DNA of 64,000 nt. Source: an uncultured Desulfobacterales bacterium. GTDB taxonomy: Bacteria; Desulfobacterota; Dissulfuribacteria; Dissulfuribacterales; JALVPX01. Position 1 is the first letter of the stretch; every line of letters starts with the position of its first letter. Positions 45,563-55,602 of this stretch are shown one piece after another. The stretch is from contig CAYWKF010000014.1 in the NCBI GenBank assembly GCA_964459155.1, forward strand, positions 7,304 through 71,303, given 5' to 3'. Position numbers and translations under genes: made by a program. A model generated the notes under the pieces. It saw only the letters and a program-made list of their open reading frames with translations. It was not told the DNA's origin and did no database searches.

Positions 45563-46554
45563 TACCCCTCTTTTTTTGAAAGCCTCCTTTGCTCCAAGTG
45601 TTCGTATGCTTCGATTATTCTGCTTACCAGCCTGTGACGGACTACATCTTTTTTAGAAAATTGAATTATGGAAATGCCTTTGATGTCTTTCAAAATTGAG
45701 ATGGCTTCGACCAAGCCAGAGACAGCGGTTTCCGGCAAATCGATTTGAGTGATATCTCCTGTTATTACAGCCTTGGAGCCATAGCCTAGCCTGGTGAGAA
45801 ACATTTTCATCTGTTCCGAGGTCGTGTTTTGTGCTTCGTCCAAAATTATAAAAGCATCGTTCAAGGTGCGGCCCCGCATGAACGCCAAAGGAGCAACCTC
45901 TATGGTGCCGCGTTCCAACAGCCTTGAGACCTTTTCAAAAGAAAGCATGTCATAAAGAGCATCATATAAAGGCCTAAGATATGGATTCACCTTTTCTGCA
46001 AGGTCACCTGGCAAAAAGCCTAAACGCTCTCCGGCTTCAACTGCTGGTCTGGTCAGGACAATCCTTTGTACTTCTTCCCTAACATAGGCTGCAACAGCCA
46101 TGGCCATGGCCAGATATGTTTTGCCCTTACCCGCTGGGCCAACGCCAAATACAATATCATTTTTTCGTATGGCATCCACATATGCCTTTTGAGTCAGGGT
46201 TTTTGGCGTGATAACTCGCCTTCCAGAACTTACAGTGAGTTTGTCGAGAAAGATCGTCTTCAGATTGGTCTCAGGACGGTTTTTCAAGATCTGAATGGCA
46301 AATTCTATATCGCTGGGATGTAGAGGAAAACCTTCGTCCAGAAGTTTGTAAAGTTGTTCAAGGCATGTTCCAGTGACCTCTACAGCATCTTTATGTCCTG
46401 AAATTATCACCTCGTTGCCCTTAACGTGGAGCCCAACGTCTAAAAGTTCTTCGAAAATTTTGAGATTTTTTCCTTGCTCACCAAACAGGGACAAAGCTAG
46501 TTGATTGTTGTCAAAGATGATCTTTTTTTGCTCTTCTTTGCTGGTTTTTGTCAC
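45562..46554 (-). CDS. phoH: PhoH family ATPase
   Basis: The 330-aa ORF has Walker [14 protein letters not shown], then GFLPGDL and ILDEAQN. Its stop overlaps the ybeY start by 1 nt (TAATG). Confidence 0.9.
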
Positions 46555-46564
46555 GGCTTCTGCA

Positions 46565-47524
46565 TCAAAATAGTTTCTTCTTGAAAAAGATGTACACTAC
46601 TATAGCTGACAATATAAATGACAGTCCCATGGTGATTGCAAAGGCATGGGGTGAGTGTTGAAATGGTAAAGGTATGTTCATACCATATATACTCGCTACC
46701 AGATTAGGCAGCATCAAGACTATGGTTACAGATGTAAGAAACTTCATAACAATGTTCAAATTGTTGGAAATGACAGAGGCATAAGCATCCATGGTGCCGC
46801 TCAAGATGTCACTGTAAACCTGGGCCATCTGAATTGCCTGCTGGTTTTCAATCAAGGCGTCTTCCAGAACGTCCTCGTTTTCTTCGCTTATGGGCAGATA
46901 TCGGCCGCTTTCCAACCTGGCCATGACAAGGTCGTTAGCCTTCAAACTAGTGTTAAAATATACTAGGCTTTTTTCCAAGTTAAGCAGCCGAATCAGTTCC
47001 TGGTTTCTCAGAGAGCGGTGGAGTTCTTCTTCATATTGATCTGTAAGTTTGTCAATCTGTTTTAAGTGCCTCAAGTAGCTTGAGGCAATTTGGAGAAAAA
47101 TGTGAAAGATAAAGTTTACAGGGTCATTTAGAATGCGTTCTATATTCCTTGAATATTCAAGTTCTTCCAAAAGTTCCGTATCCCTCAAGCAGATTGTCAC
47201 AACAATGTTGTCCGCTACAATTATGCCTAACGGAATGGTCTCAAATCGTACAACACCTCCCTCTTCCTTCAACGTTTCAGGAATACGGACGATTATCAAA
47301 ACCTGGTCTTCTTCCTTTTCCACCCGGGATGATTCTTCTTCATCCAAAGGATACTGCAGGTACTCAGGCAGGATGTTCAACTGCTCTCTGATAGCCCTCA
47401 ACTCATCAGGCGTTGGGTTCACTACATTGATCCAGGCAGCTTCCCGTATCTTTTCGCATTTTTCTATCTGTTTGCCATCGCTCTTGTAAATTGTTATCAC
47501 AGGGCACCTGATGAAACTATCCAA
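46565..47524 (-). CDS. corA: CorA family magnesium/cobalt transporter
   Basis: The 319-aa ORF has two C-terminal TMs and the YGMNIP (GMN) signature. Confidence 0.88.
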   Translation of the reverse strand: MDSFIRCPVITIYKSDGKQIEKCEKIREAAWINVVNPTPDELRAIREQLNILPEYLQYPLDEEESSRVEKEEDQVLIIVRIPETLKEEGGVVRFETIPLGIIVADNIVVTICLRDTELLEELEYSRNIERILNDPVNFIFHIFLQIASSYLRHLKQIDKLTDQYEEELHRSLRNQELIRLLNLEKSLVYFNTSLKANDLVMARLESGRYLPISEENEDVLEDALIENQQAIQMAQVYSDILSGTMDAYASVISNNLNIVMKFLTSVTIVLMLPNLVASIYGMNIPLPFQHSPHAFAITMGLSFILSAIVVYIFFKKKLF

Positions 47525-47642
47525 AATTGGATGAATTTTTGCAGCCTTTCATATTGCCTGTTTCGAGATTTGTCAATTTACCCCAGGCAAGTCAGGTGTA
47601 CAAGCAGCATTGAATATTTTAATTACAGTCCTTGTAATTCGA

Positions 47643-47671
47643 TTGACTTTAAAAGTGTGCAGTCATACTAT
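47643..47671 (+). promoter_or_regulatory. sigma-70-type promoter candidate for the gap operon
   Basis: TTGACT (47643-48), a 17-nt spacer and TACTAT (47666-71) lie about 100 nt upstream of the gap GTG start (47775; RBS AGGAGG at 47764-69). Confidence 0.4.
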
Positions 47672-47774
47672 TTTATTGTAATTGTAAAGTATTGGTTTGT
47701 TGAATTTGATGTTAAGTTTAGATCATATCGATATGTGATAAAATATGAAAAGATGAAATGTTCAGGAGGAAAAG

Positions 47775-48782
47775 GTGCCTATAAAAGTTGGGATCAACGG
47801 ATTTGGAAGGATAGGCCGCAATGTGTTCAGGGCGGCAATGGAATATGATGAGTTCAAGGAAATTGAAATAGTCGCAGTAAACGATCTGACTGATCTTGAG
47901 ACTTTGGCCTATTTGCTCAAGTATGATTCTGTCATGGGAACGTTTCCCTTTGAAGTGAAGGTGAAGGATAGCTCCCTGGAAATAAACGGAAGAAATATCC
48001 AAGTCACGGGTATAAGGGAACCTTCTGAACTGCCATGGGACGAGGTGGAGGCAGAATATGTGATTGAAGCCACTGGACGCTTCAGGGATGCTGAGTTGGC
48101 CAAAGGCCATCTTGAGGCAGGCGCATCAAAAGTCATTATTTCCGCTCCTGCTAAAGGTGAAGATGTGACCATAGTCATGGGAGTCAACGAAGATGACTAT
48201 GACCCAGTGAACCATCACATCGTGTCAAATGCCTCCTGCACTACCAATTGCCTTGCACCAGTGGCAAAGGTTTTGTTAGAAAGGTTCGGTATCAAGAGCG
48301 GTCTGATAACAACGGTGCACGCCTACACAAATGACCAAAGACTGCTTGATTTTCCGCACAATGATCTTAGACGTGCCAGGGCAGCAGCGGTGAACATGAT
48401 TCCAACAAAGACCGGCGCAGCAGCGGCGGTAAGCAAGGTTATCCCAGAACTCGCAGGCAAGTTTGACGGTCTGTCAGTACGGGTGCCAACCCCAAATGTG
48501 TCATTGGTGGATTTGGTGGCAGTACTGGAAAAACCTGCAACTGTTCCTGAATTGAACGAGAGTTTCAAGAATAGTGTAAGCCGATATCTTGGTTATACAG
48601 AGGAACCCTTGGTGTCATCCGATTTTTTGAAAGATCCTCATTCGGCGGTGGTGGATGGTTTGTGCACACGGGTAATTGAAGGCACTACAGTAAAAATCAT
48701 GGCATGGTATGACAATGAGTGGGGTTATTCGAACAGACTGCTTGATTTGATTTTATTCATGGAAAAACAAAGGGTGGTATAG
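47775..48782 (+). CDS. gap: type I glyceraldehyde-3-phosphate dehydrogenase
   Basis: The 335-aa ORF has the motifs INGFGRIGR, SNASCTTNCLAP, TTVHAYTNDQ and WYDNEWGYS. Confidence 0.95.
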   Translation: MPIKVGINGFGRIGRNVFRAAMEYDEFKEIEIVAVNDLTDLETLAYLLKYDSVMGTFPFEVKVKDSSLEINGRNIQVTGIREPSELPWDEVEAEYVIEATGRFRDAELAKGHLEAGASKVIISAPAKGEDVTIVMGVNEDDYDPVNHHIVSNASCTTNCLAPVAKVLLERFGIKSGLITTVHAYTNDQRLLDFPHNDLRRARAAAVNMIPTKTGAAAAVSKVIPELAGKFDGLSVRVPTPNVSLVDLVAVLEKPATVPELNESFKNSVSRYLGYTEEPLVSSDFLKDPHSAVVDGLCTRVIEGTTVKIMAWYDNEWGYSNRLLDLILFMEKQRVV

Positions 48783-48796
48783 TTACTATTTGAGAC

Positions 48797-51700
48797 ATGC
48801 TAGTAGAATCACAGGCCCTAAAGGTAAATCTGGAAGAGACTGCGGTTGATCAAGTTGATTATGATCCAAGATACAAGGTGCTGCTTGACAGTGTAAAGGA
48901 TTACCAAGGTGTTCAAAACGCAGCCTCGCACCTTCTTTTTGAAATCCATCATCCTTACAAGAATTGGGATGCCATAATAAATGAGCTCCGCGGTTTTGGA
49001 TTAAAAAATCTCAAGACCTATCTAGGTTCTTCCCAGCCTAATCAGGCATTGAGGGCCTTGTTAGATCTTTATTTCTTTATAATCAAGGAAGCGCCAAAAC
49101 CAGAGCAGAGGAAACGTGCAGCAGATGCCCTGCTGGCATTTGTTGAAAAGGTTGCGGCAAGCACCGATCCAGCCCTTCTGCAGAGGCTGTTGCCTCAACT
49201 GGATTATGCATTCCGTAAACTCCTTCAGCAGGATCAATCGATTATTGATGCTGCGGCTAGGAGTTATCATCCTGTTTCCAAATCTGTTTTGATGATTTTG
49301 AAACGTTTGGAAAGGGATCTTCCTGGCTATTTCTTGGAGACAGTGGGAAGGTTGCTGGTGGTGATAAGTGAAACCACCTTGCGCTACTGGCTTGGGCAAG
49401 AAGATCCGTTGAAATGGTTCGAAAAGACAATAAAGTCTCAAGGCCTCGACATAGATAGTGAGCAGAAGACCTTTATCAAAAGGCTCTTTTCGCCAATTTC
49501 CCATGCTGCATTCAAAGTTGCCTTGCAAGGCCTTTGGGCCATTCCTGTTCAGGGTTTGAGTCCAGGCGAGATTGAGAGGCTGGCCAAGAGGCCGGGCCAT
49601 ATGGATATAGTGAGATCTTACCGCAAGATTGCTAGGGAACTGGGTTCAGTGCCTGTGACTTCGGCAGCCAAGCCTGCCCAGAATCTCGATGATGTTCCTT
49701 CAAGTCTTCAGCTCTTTTTTCTTTTCCATATCCTAGAAATAGAAGGTTTGGCCCCCATACACGAGGAGACTTTGCGTCAGATCAATAAGACGTTGGTCTG
49801 CCTGGTAAGGCGAGCAGACTTGGATCGCCTGACAAAGATACTTCCGAAGAGTTTTTCCCTGCTTAAACAGCAAGTAGGCCATTTCCCGAGAACTGCTCTT
49901 CAATGCATTGAAGCGCTTGGACTCGAAGTGTTCCGCAGGGACAACGAGCGCCTTACAGAACTCTTTTTGGAAGAGGTGGTTCAATTTGGCTTCCAAACAC
50001 CCGGCGTTAAAGGGGTTGATGCGGAATGGCAGGTGTTGTGTAATCCCGCCCATTTGCAGAATATCAGGGTGTGGCTAAAGTTAATCGAGTTCAAGCCCAA
50101 ACTTTGCAGCACACTCATTTCTGCCTTGATGCTTAATTTACGGCTGGCAGGCACCTGTATAAGGGACACGGACCTTTTTCAAAAGGACGTCAGCAGGCTT
50201 TTGAATAGCGAAATCGAGCCTGTTTACAACTTGGTGAAACAGTTAACCAAGGTGATCCCAGTCTACTACAATGAGATCGGCGCAGAGGGCAAGCTGCGGG
50301 AAGTCTCTACTGAACTTGATGAGATATCAAACAGACGGGATATTTTGATTCATTTTTTGAGAAAACAGAGCCACGTTGAAAGCAACAACCTAATAGTTGC
50401 TTTCATAGAGTCGATTCTATGTTTCTGGTACAGCAAAGACAAAAGTTGTTTGCGTTCATTTTTGCCACCTGAAATTTATGAACAGATTCCCGTGCATGGC
50501 CAATATGTGGATCATGTCCACAAGCTAGTGCGCCATCTGGCACAGTCTATCGGCCTTGAGCCTTTTTCAAAGGGGGTGCGCAGGCTGCTTGATTTGTCAC
50601 AGGATGAATTGTCAAAACTTATCAGCCAGATCGACGATGTACCCACCTTTGAAAAACAGAGGCTCCTGTTACTCATTGAGATGTACCGCCTTGAAACGCT
50701 CAAGTATGAGCTGAGTCCCAGAGAGATAAGGCGCTATTTACAAGAAGCCGTCGGCTGGGGTTTTGAAGGCGTGGATAAGATTGTAGAGGCACTGGACAGG
50801 GATGATCCTGAAGAATGCCTTGATCTAATTTTGAATGAATTGGAGCAGCTCAAGGAAATTATCTGTAGCAGCGAGCAGTTTGAAATAATGGAAAACATTT
50901 ATCATAAGCGCCATATCGCTGCTGACATTCCATCAATGTATGGCCGTTATCATGAACGCAAGTTCGACGCCTTGAGCCTCACTTTCAGACTGGAAAACCT
51001 GGCAAACCTTTACTTTGAGCGCCTGATAACTTCTCTTGATGTACCCTTTATCACCAGGACAATGCTGGTGCGAATCTTAAAATGCCTGAAGCTGTTCTGG
51101 AGGGCCATTAAATTAAATGGCGTAAGATCAAAAAAGTTTTACACCTACCTGACATTGTTGGAAAAATCATTGCAGGTGAGGCGGTTCAGTTTTACTCAAT
51201 ACCAGGATATCGTGCGGGGCCTGTCTGAAGGTGTCAAGGACATGATTTATGTCCATTACATCAGTCCCCACCAAGACAATATTGCCATTATCGTACGCCA
51301 GCTTGGCCCGGATAATCTTCTGCCTCAGTTTCGCAGGGTTTACATGAGGTCCGCCACCGAGACCGAGGTTATCGAAAAGATTTCTGAAATGCTGTTGAGA
51401 GATCTCATAGCCAATTCATTTGGTCTTCAATACCTGGACAACTTCATTGCAAGGGTCTGGCAGGTACTGGGAGAAGAAAAAGAGGTTTTGGATGAACGCT
51501 CCTTGGATTTGCTGCTGAGTTTCGATCCGGACCAAACGCTTTGTTCCATTTACAAACCGGAGCCGGCTCTAAAAAACTTGATCCACTTGGGCAACAAAGG
51601 GTTCAATCTCGTATTGCTTGTGAATGAAGGTCTTAGGGTGCCTCCGGGAGTTATAGTGACTACTGAGGTCTTCCGCTGGTATTCTATTATTCAGAAATTC

Positions 51701-53062
51701 AGGCCTGTATTCAGGGATTTTCAGTGGAGGCTCAGGAAACAGCTCAAAAAACTTGAACAAGAAACCGGTCGGATATTCGGTTCCACAGACAACCCACTTC
51801 TTTTATCTGTCAGAAGTGGAGCAGCCATATCCATGCCTGGTATGATGAGCACTATCATTAATGTGGGAAGTAATCTCCAAACGACGGAAGCCATAGCGCG
51901 GCGCACTGGCAACTTGTGGTTTGCATGGGATAATTACCGCCGTTTTATTCAGGCGTGGGGTATGTCTTTTGGCCTTTCAAGAGATGTATTTTCTCAGATT
52001 ATGAAGAGCAAAAAGAGGCGCCATGGGGTAGAGAAGAAGCGCGAATTCAGCGGTGAACAAATGAAAGAGCTTGCCTTGCTGTATAGAGAAGCGGTACTGG
52101 ATCACGGCATCGAGATAGTGGATGATCCCTTTGAACAGCTTATGGTGGCTTTTCGCCTAGTTCTTGGATCATGGGAATCCGAAAAGGCAAGGGCCTACAG
52201 GGAGATAATGGAGATATCAGACAATTGGGGAACAGCTGTAATCATCCAGGCCATGGCTTTTGGCAATCTATCTGCCACATCTGGCACAGGAGTGCTGTTT
52301 ACTGCCAATCCTTATCGAAAGCTGGATAGAGTCTGCTTATGGGGTGATTTCACGCCAGGCAACCAGGGTGAAGACATTGTCAGCGGCTTGGTTTCCACGT
52401 ATCCTATTTCCATTGAACAGAAACAGGAGATGGGTATGGAAGACCAGGTTTCTCTGGAAGAAGCCTTTCCCGCAATATATAAAACCCTTTATGACTGGGC
52501 TAAGTACTTGGTATATGAAAAAAAATGGACCCCACAGGAGATAGAATTCACCTTTGAGGGTCCTGAGCCTGAAGATCTGTATATTTTGCAGGGCAGAGAC
52601 ATGATAACAAAGGAGAGAAAGACCATAACGGTCTTTCTGCAGACTGAGGAATTGGAGGTCAGCTACCTTGGGAGAGGAATTGGAGTAAGTGGCGGGGCGC
52701 TTTCTGGCCGTGCTGTATTCAATTTACAGGACATTCAGAAGTATCGCACAGAAGAACCCAAAGTACCCCTGATTCTGATCCGTTCAGATACCGTTCCAGA
52801 CGATATCAAGGAAATATCCCAGGCAGATGGATTACTTACAGCCAAGGGTGGTCAGACCTCCCATGCAGCCATAGTTGCATTCAGGCTTGGAAAGACTTGT
52901 GTAGTTGGTTGTTCCCAGATGCAGGTATATGAGGCTAAAGGGCTGGCTACTTTTCAGACCAAGGCCATAAAATCTGGGGACTTCATAAGTATAGATGGAT
53001 GGAGCGGTTCGGTATATATGGGCAGCCATCCAACCCAGAGTGAAGAACAGGCCCCTTTTTGA
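48797..53062 (+). CDS. large PPDK/PpsA-related protein: unassigned N-terminal region of about 920 aa, then dikinase ATP-grasp and phosphohistidine swivel domains; no PEP/pyruvate-binding domain
   Basis: The ORF is 1421 aa long. From about aa 925 the PPDK motifs occur in canonical order:
- GNKGFNL
- LLSVRSGAAISMPGMMSTIINVG
- GTAVIIQAMAFGN
- GTGVLFTANP
- GEDIVSG
- EIEFTFE..LYILQGRD
- TAKGGQTSHAAIVAFRLGKTCVVGC (His1356, codon 52862-64)

The ORF ends 65 aa after this His. Confidence 0.8.
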   Translation: MLVESQALKVNLEETAVDQVDYDPRYKVLLDSVKDYQGVQNAASHLLFEIHHPYKNWDAIINELRGFGLKNLKTYLGSSQPNQALRALLDLYFFIIKEAPKPEQRKRAADALLAFVEKVAASTDPALLQRLLPQLDYAFRKLLQQDQSIIDAAARSYHPVSKSVLMILKRLERDLPGYFLETVGRLLVVISETTLRYWLGQEDPLKWFEKTIKSQGLDIDSEQKTFIKRLFSPISHAAFKVALQGLWAIPVQGLSPGEIERLAKRPGHMDIVRSYRKIARELGSVPVTSAAKPAQNLDDVPSSLQLFFLFHILEIEGLAPIHEETLRQINKTLVCLVRRADLDRLTKILPKSFSLLKQQVGHFPRTALQCIEALGLEVFRRDNERLTELFLEEVVQFGFQTPGVKGVDAEWQVLCNPAHLQNIRVWLKLIEFKPKLCSTLISALMLNLRLAGTCIRDTDLFQKDVSRLLNSEIEPVYNLVKQLTKVIPVYYNEIGAEGKLREVSTELDEISNRRDILIHFLRKQSHVESNNLIVAFIESILCFWYSKDKSCLRSFLPPEIYEQIPVHGQYVDHVHKLVRHLAQSIGLEPFSKGVRRLLDLSQDELSKLISQIDDVPTFEKQRLLLLIEMYRLETLKYELSPREIRRYLQEAVGWGFEGVDKIVEALDRDDPEECLDLILNELEQLKEIICSSEQFEIMENIYHKRHIAADIPSMYGRYHERKFDALSLTFRLENLANLYFERLITSLDVPFITRTMLVRILKCLKLFWRAIKLNGVRSKKFYTYLTLLEKSLQVRRFSFTQYQDIVRGLSEGVKDMIYVHYISPHQDNIAIIVRQLGPDNLLPQFRRVYMRSATETEVIEKISEMLLRDLIANSFGLQYLDNFIARVWQVLGEEKEVLDERSLDLLLSFDPDQTLCSIYKPEPALKNLIHLGNKGFNLVLLVNEGLRVPPGVIVTTEVFRWYSIIQKFRPVFRDFQWRLRKQLKKLEQETGRIFGSTDNPLLLSVRSGAAISMPGMMSTIINVGSNLQTTEAIARRTGNLWFAWDNYRRFIQAWGMSFGLSRDVFSQIMKSKKRRHGVEKKREFSGEQMKELALLYREAVLDHGIEIVDDPFEQLMVAFRLVLGSWESEKARAYREIMEISDNWGTAVIIQAMAFGNLSATSGTGVLFTANPYRKLDRVCLWGDFTPGNQGEDIVSGLVSTYPISIEQKQEMGMEDQVSLEEAFPAIYKTLYDWAKYLVYEKKWTPQEIEFTFEGPEPEDLYILQGRDMITKERKTITVFLQTEELEVSYLGRGIGVSGGALSGRAVFNLQDIQKYRTEEPKVPLILIRSDTVPDDIKEISQADGLLTAKGGQTSHAAIVAFRLGKTCVVGCSQMQVYEAKGLATFQTKAIKSGDFISIDGWSGSVYMGSHPTQSEEQAPF

Positions 53063-53115
53063 TTCGTTGAATGTCAAGAACAAAAATGAACTAATATTGT
53101 AAGAAGGAGGATCGC

Positions 53116-54381
53116 ATGAGCACCAAGGAAAGGGAACCCCGTCCTATGAAGTTGGGTATCAACGGTTTGGGTAGGATCGGAAAATTGAGTGTGTGGCACC
53201 ATGTAGCCAAAAGATCATTTTCAGAATTGGTTGTGAACATAGGCCGTCAGGTGGGGACTGGCCTACACGACATAGCTGCTGCCATTGAACGTGACAGCAC
53301 CTATGGAAGGCTTGGAGTTTATCTGCACGGTCACTCTTGCACGAGGGTTGTCGAGAACCTGAACGAGCAAGAGGGAACCATGACAGTAGATGGCGTTCCG
53401 GTGCGCATCCTGCGTGAAAGCAGGGATCCAAAAGGTATTGACTGGCGTGGCCATGGTGTCGACCTTGTTGTGGATACAACTGGTGTGTTTCGTGATCCAA
53501 CGGCACCTGGTGACGATCCAAAGGGTTCACTGAGGGGGCATCTGGAGGCAGGAGCATCAAAGGTTATCTTGTCAGCGCCATTCAAGATTAAAGAAAAGGG
53601 CCTGGAGATGCCAGAGGATTCGGTTACTACAGTCATGGGCATAAATGAAGATGATTATGTTCCAGAAAAACATGTGCTCATATCGGCTGCTTCATGTACC
53701 ACAACGTGCCTTGCTTTTATGGTAAAACCTCTGTTGGACCATTTTGGACCAAAGCGCATACTCAGTGCTTCCATGGTAACAGTTCACGCAGCCACAGGCA
53801 GCCAGAAGGTGCTTGACAGGCTTCCCAAGGCCGGAGCCACGGATACCAGAAAAAACAGGAGTATATTCAACAATATAATCCTGACGACTACTGGTGCTGC
53901 CAAGGCCTTGAGATTAGTTATTCCCGAGATGAAATCCATTGGTTTCATTGCGGAATCTGTGAGAATACCAACGAACACTGGTTCGTTGATCGTACTGGTC
54001 TTGACTATCCAGGATGAGAGCCTGGAAAATCCCATAAACAGGGAATTGATCAATGGAATTTACAGAAGCGCGGCCGAAGGTCCCATGAGAGATTATCTTG
54101 TTTACACTGAAGAGCAGCATGTTTCTTCAGATATAATTGGTGTTCCATCTGCTGCTGCCATTATTGAGGCCACAGAAACCCATACCAGGACAGCTGCCAT
54201 AGAGGTTGATCCTAATTTAGTATGTCAAGGCCCTGAGGAAGCCATGGAAAAGATTTCATGCGCTCCATTGAAAATTCCTGTGACGCAAGTGGTGGTCTAT
54301 GGCTGGTATGATAATGAGTTGGGCAGCTACACAACCATGCTGGGAGACAGAATCGAAAGTATTGCAGACAGTATGCTTTAG
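53116..54381 (+). CDS. divergent, enlarged glyceraldehyde-3-phosphate dehydrogenase family protein (second paralogue)
   Basis: The 421-aa ORF has a strong RBS (AAGGAGG). Its motifs are INGLGRIGK (Rossmann), SAASCTTTCLA (catalytic Cys retained), VTVHAATGSQ and GWYDNELGSY. It is about 85 aa longer than gap at 47775, because of insertions. Confidence 0.75.
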   Translation: MSTKEREPRPMKLGINGLGRIGKLSVWHHVAKRSFSELVVNIGRQVGTGLHDIAAAIERDSTYGRLGVYLHGHSCTRVVENLNEQEGTMTVDGVPVRILRESRDPKGIDWRGHGVDLVVDTTGVFRDPTAPGDDPKGSLRGHLEAGASKVILSAPFKIKEKGLEMPEDSVTTVMGINEDDYVPEKHVLISAASCTTTCLAFMVKPLLDHFGPKRILSASMVTVHAATGSQKVLDRLPKAGATDTRKNRSIFNNIILTTTGAAKALRLVIPEMKSIGFIAESVRIPTNTGSLIVLVLTIQDESLENPINRELINGIYRSAAEGPMRDYLVYTEEQHVSSDIIGVPSAAAIIEATETHTRTAAIEVDPNLVCQGPEEAMEKISCAPLKIPVTQVVVYGWYDNELGSYTTMLGDRIESIADSML

Positions 54382-54396
54382 ATAGGAGGCATGCCA

Positions 54397-55593
54397 ATGA
54401 TCAAATATCTGGATCAGATTGAAGTGCATGGCAAAAGGGTGCTCATGCGGGTGGACTTTAATGTGCCTCTAAATGATCAAGGCGAGATTACAGATGACTT
54501 GAGAATTCGAGGAGTATTGCCCAGCATTGAATACGTGCTGCAAAATGGAGGTAGGCTGATTCTTTGTTCACATCTTGGCAGGCCAAAAGGGAAACGGGTT
54601 CCCAAGTATAGTCTTAAGCCGGTGGCAGCCCATCTTTCTAAAATTCTGGGTTTTGAGGTGCCTCTTGCCCCTGACTGTATTGGTCAGGAAGCTGAAGGCA
54701 TGGCGGATAAATTGAAACCTGGAAAGGCTATGCTGCTTGAAAATCTTCGTTACCACCAGGGAGAGACCCAAAATGATCCGGCATTTGCAGACGCCTTGGC
54801 AAAACTGGCCGAGGTTTATGTAAACGATGCCTTTGCTGTCTCCCACCGAGCGCATGCATCTGTGGTCGGTGTACCTGCCAGGCTGTCTGAGTGCGCTGCA
54901 GGCTTTCTTCTCAAAAAAGAGCTTGATTACTTCAACAGGGCGATGGAATCACCTGCACGGCCCCTGGTAGCAGTACTTGGAGGTGCAAAGGTGTCTGGGA
55001 AACTTGGTGCAATCGAGCACATACTGCAGCGGGTCGATAAGGTGATCATAGGTGGAGCCATGGCTAACACCTTTTTAAAGGCGCAAGGCCTTTCGATAGG
55101 ATCTTCCCTTGTAGAAAATGATCTGCTTGACAGTGCAAATGAGATAGTGGCAAAGGCCAAAGAGAAAGGCATTAAATTCTACTTGCCAGTAGATGTCATA
55201 GTTGCTCAGGAACTTTCTGCTGACACAGTAACAAAAACGGTTCCAGTGCAGGAAATACCTGAGGGCTGGATGGCCTTGGACATAGGCCCTGCTTCTTCTA
55301 GGTTGTTTCAAGAGGTCGTAGAAGATGCAAAAACGATAGTGTGGAATGGCCCTATGGGCGCCTTTGAAATCGACCTTTTCAGCCAGGGAACCAGGTCAAT
55401 GGCAGAAGCCGTAGGAAATGCCCATGCTTTGAGTATTTGCGGCGGAGGCGATACCAATGCAGCAATCAAAAAATTTGGACAGGCAGATAACATCAGCTAC
55501 ATGTCCACGGGCGGAGGAGCTTTCTTGACGCTGCTTGAAGGCAAGGATCTACCTGGTGTCAAAGCTATCGAGGAATGTTCCTCAAAGGAATAG
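54397..55593 (+). CDS. pgk: phosphoglycerate kinase
   Basis: The protein begins MIKYLDQIEVHGKRVLMRVDFNVPL and contains SHLGRPKG and GGGDT. I chose the ATG at 54397, 7 nt after GGAGG, over the track's 54391. Confidence 0.95.
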   Translation: MIKYLDQIEVHGKRVLMRVDFNVPLNDQGEITDDLRIRGVLPSIEYVLQNGGRLILCSHLGRPKGKRVPKYSLKPVAAHLSKILGFEVPLAPDCIGQEAEGMADKLKPGKAMLLENLRYHQGETQNDPAFADALAKLAEVYVNDAFAVSHRAHASVVGVPARLSECAAGFLLKKELDYFNRAMESPARPLVAVLGGAKVSGKLGAIEHILQRVDKVIIGGAMANTFLKAQGLSIGSSLVENDLLDSANEIVAKAKEKGIKFYLPVDVIVAQELSADTVTKTVPVQEIPEGWMALDIGPASSRLFQEVVEDAKTIVWNGPMGAFEIDLFSQGTRSMAEAVGNAHALSICGGGDTNAAIKKFGQADNISYMSTGGGAFLTLLEGKDLPGVKAIEECSSKE

Positions 55594-55602
55594 GAGGTTT
55601 AA

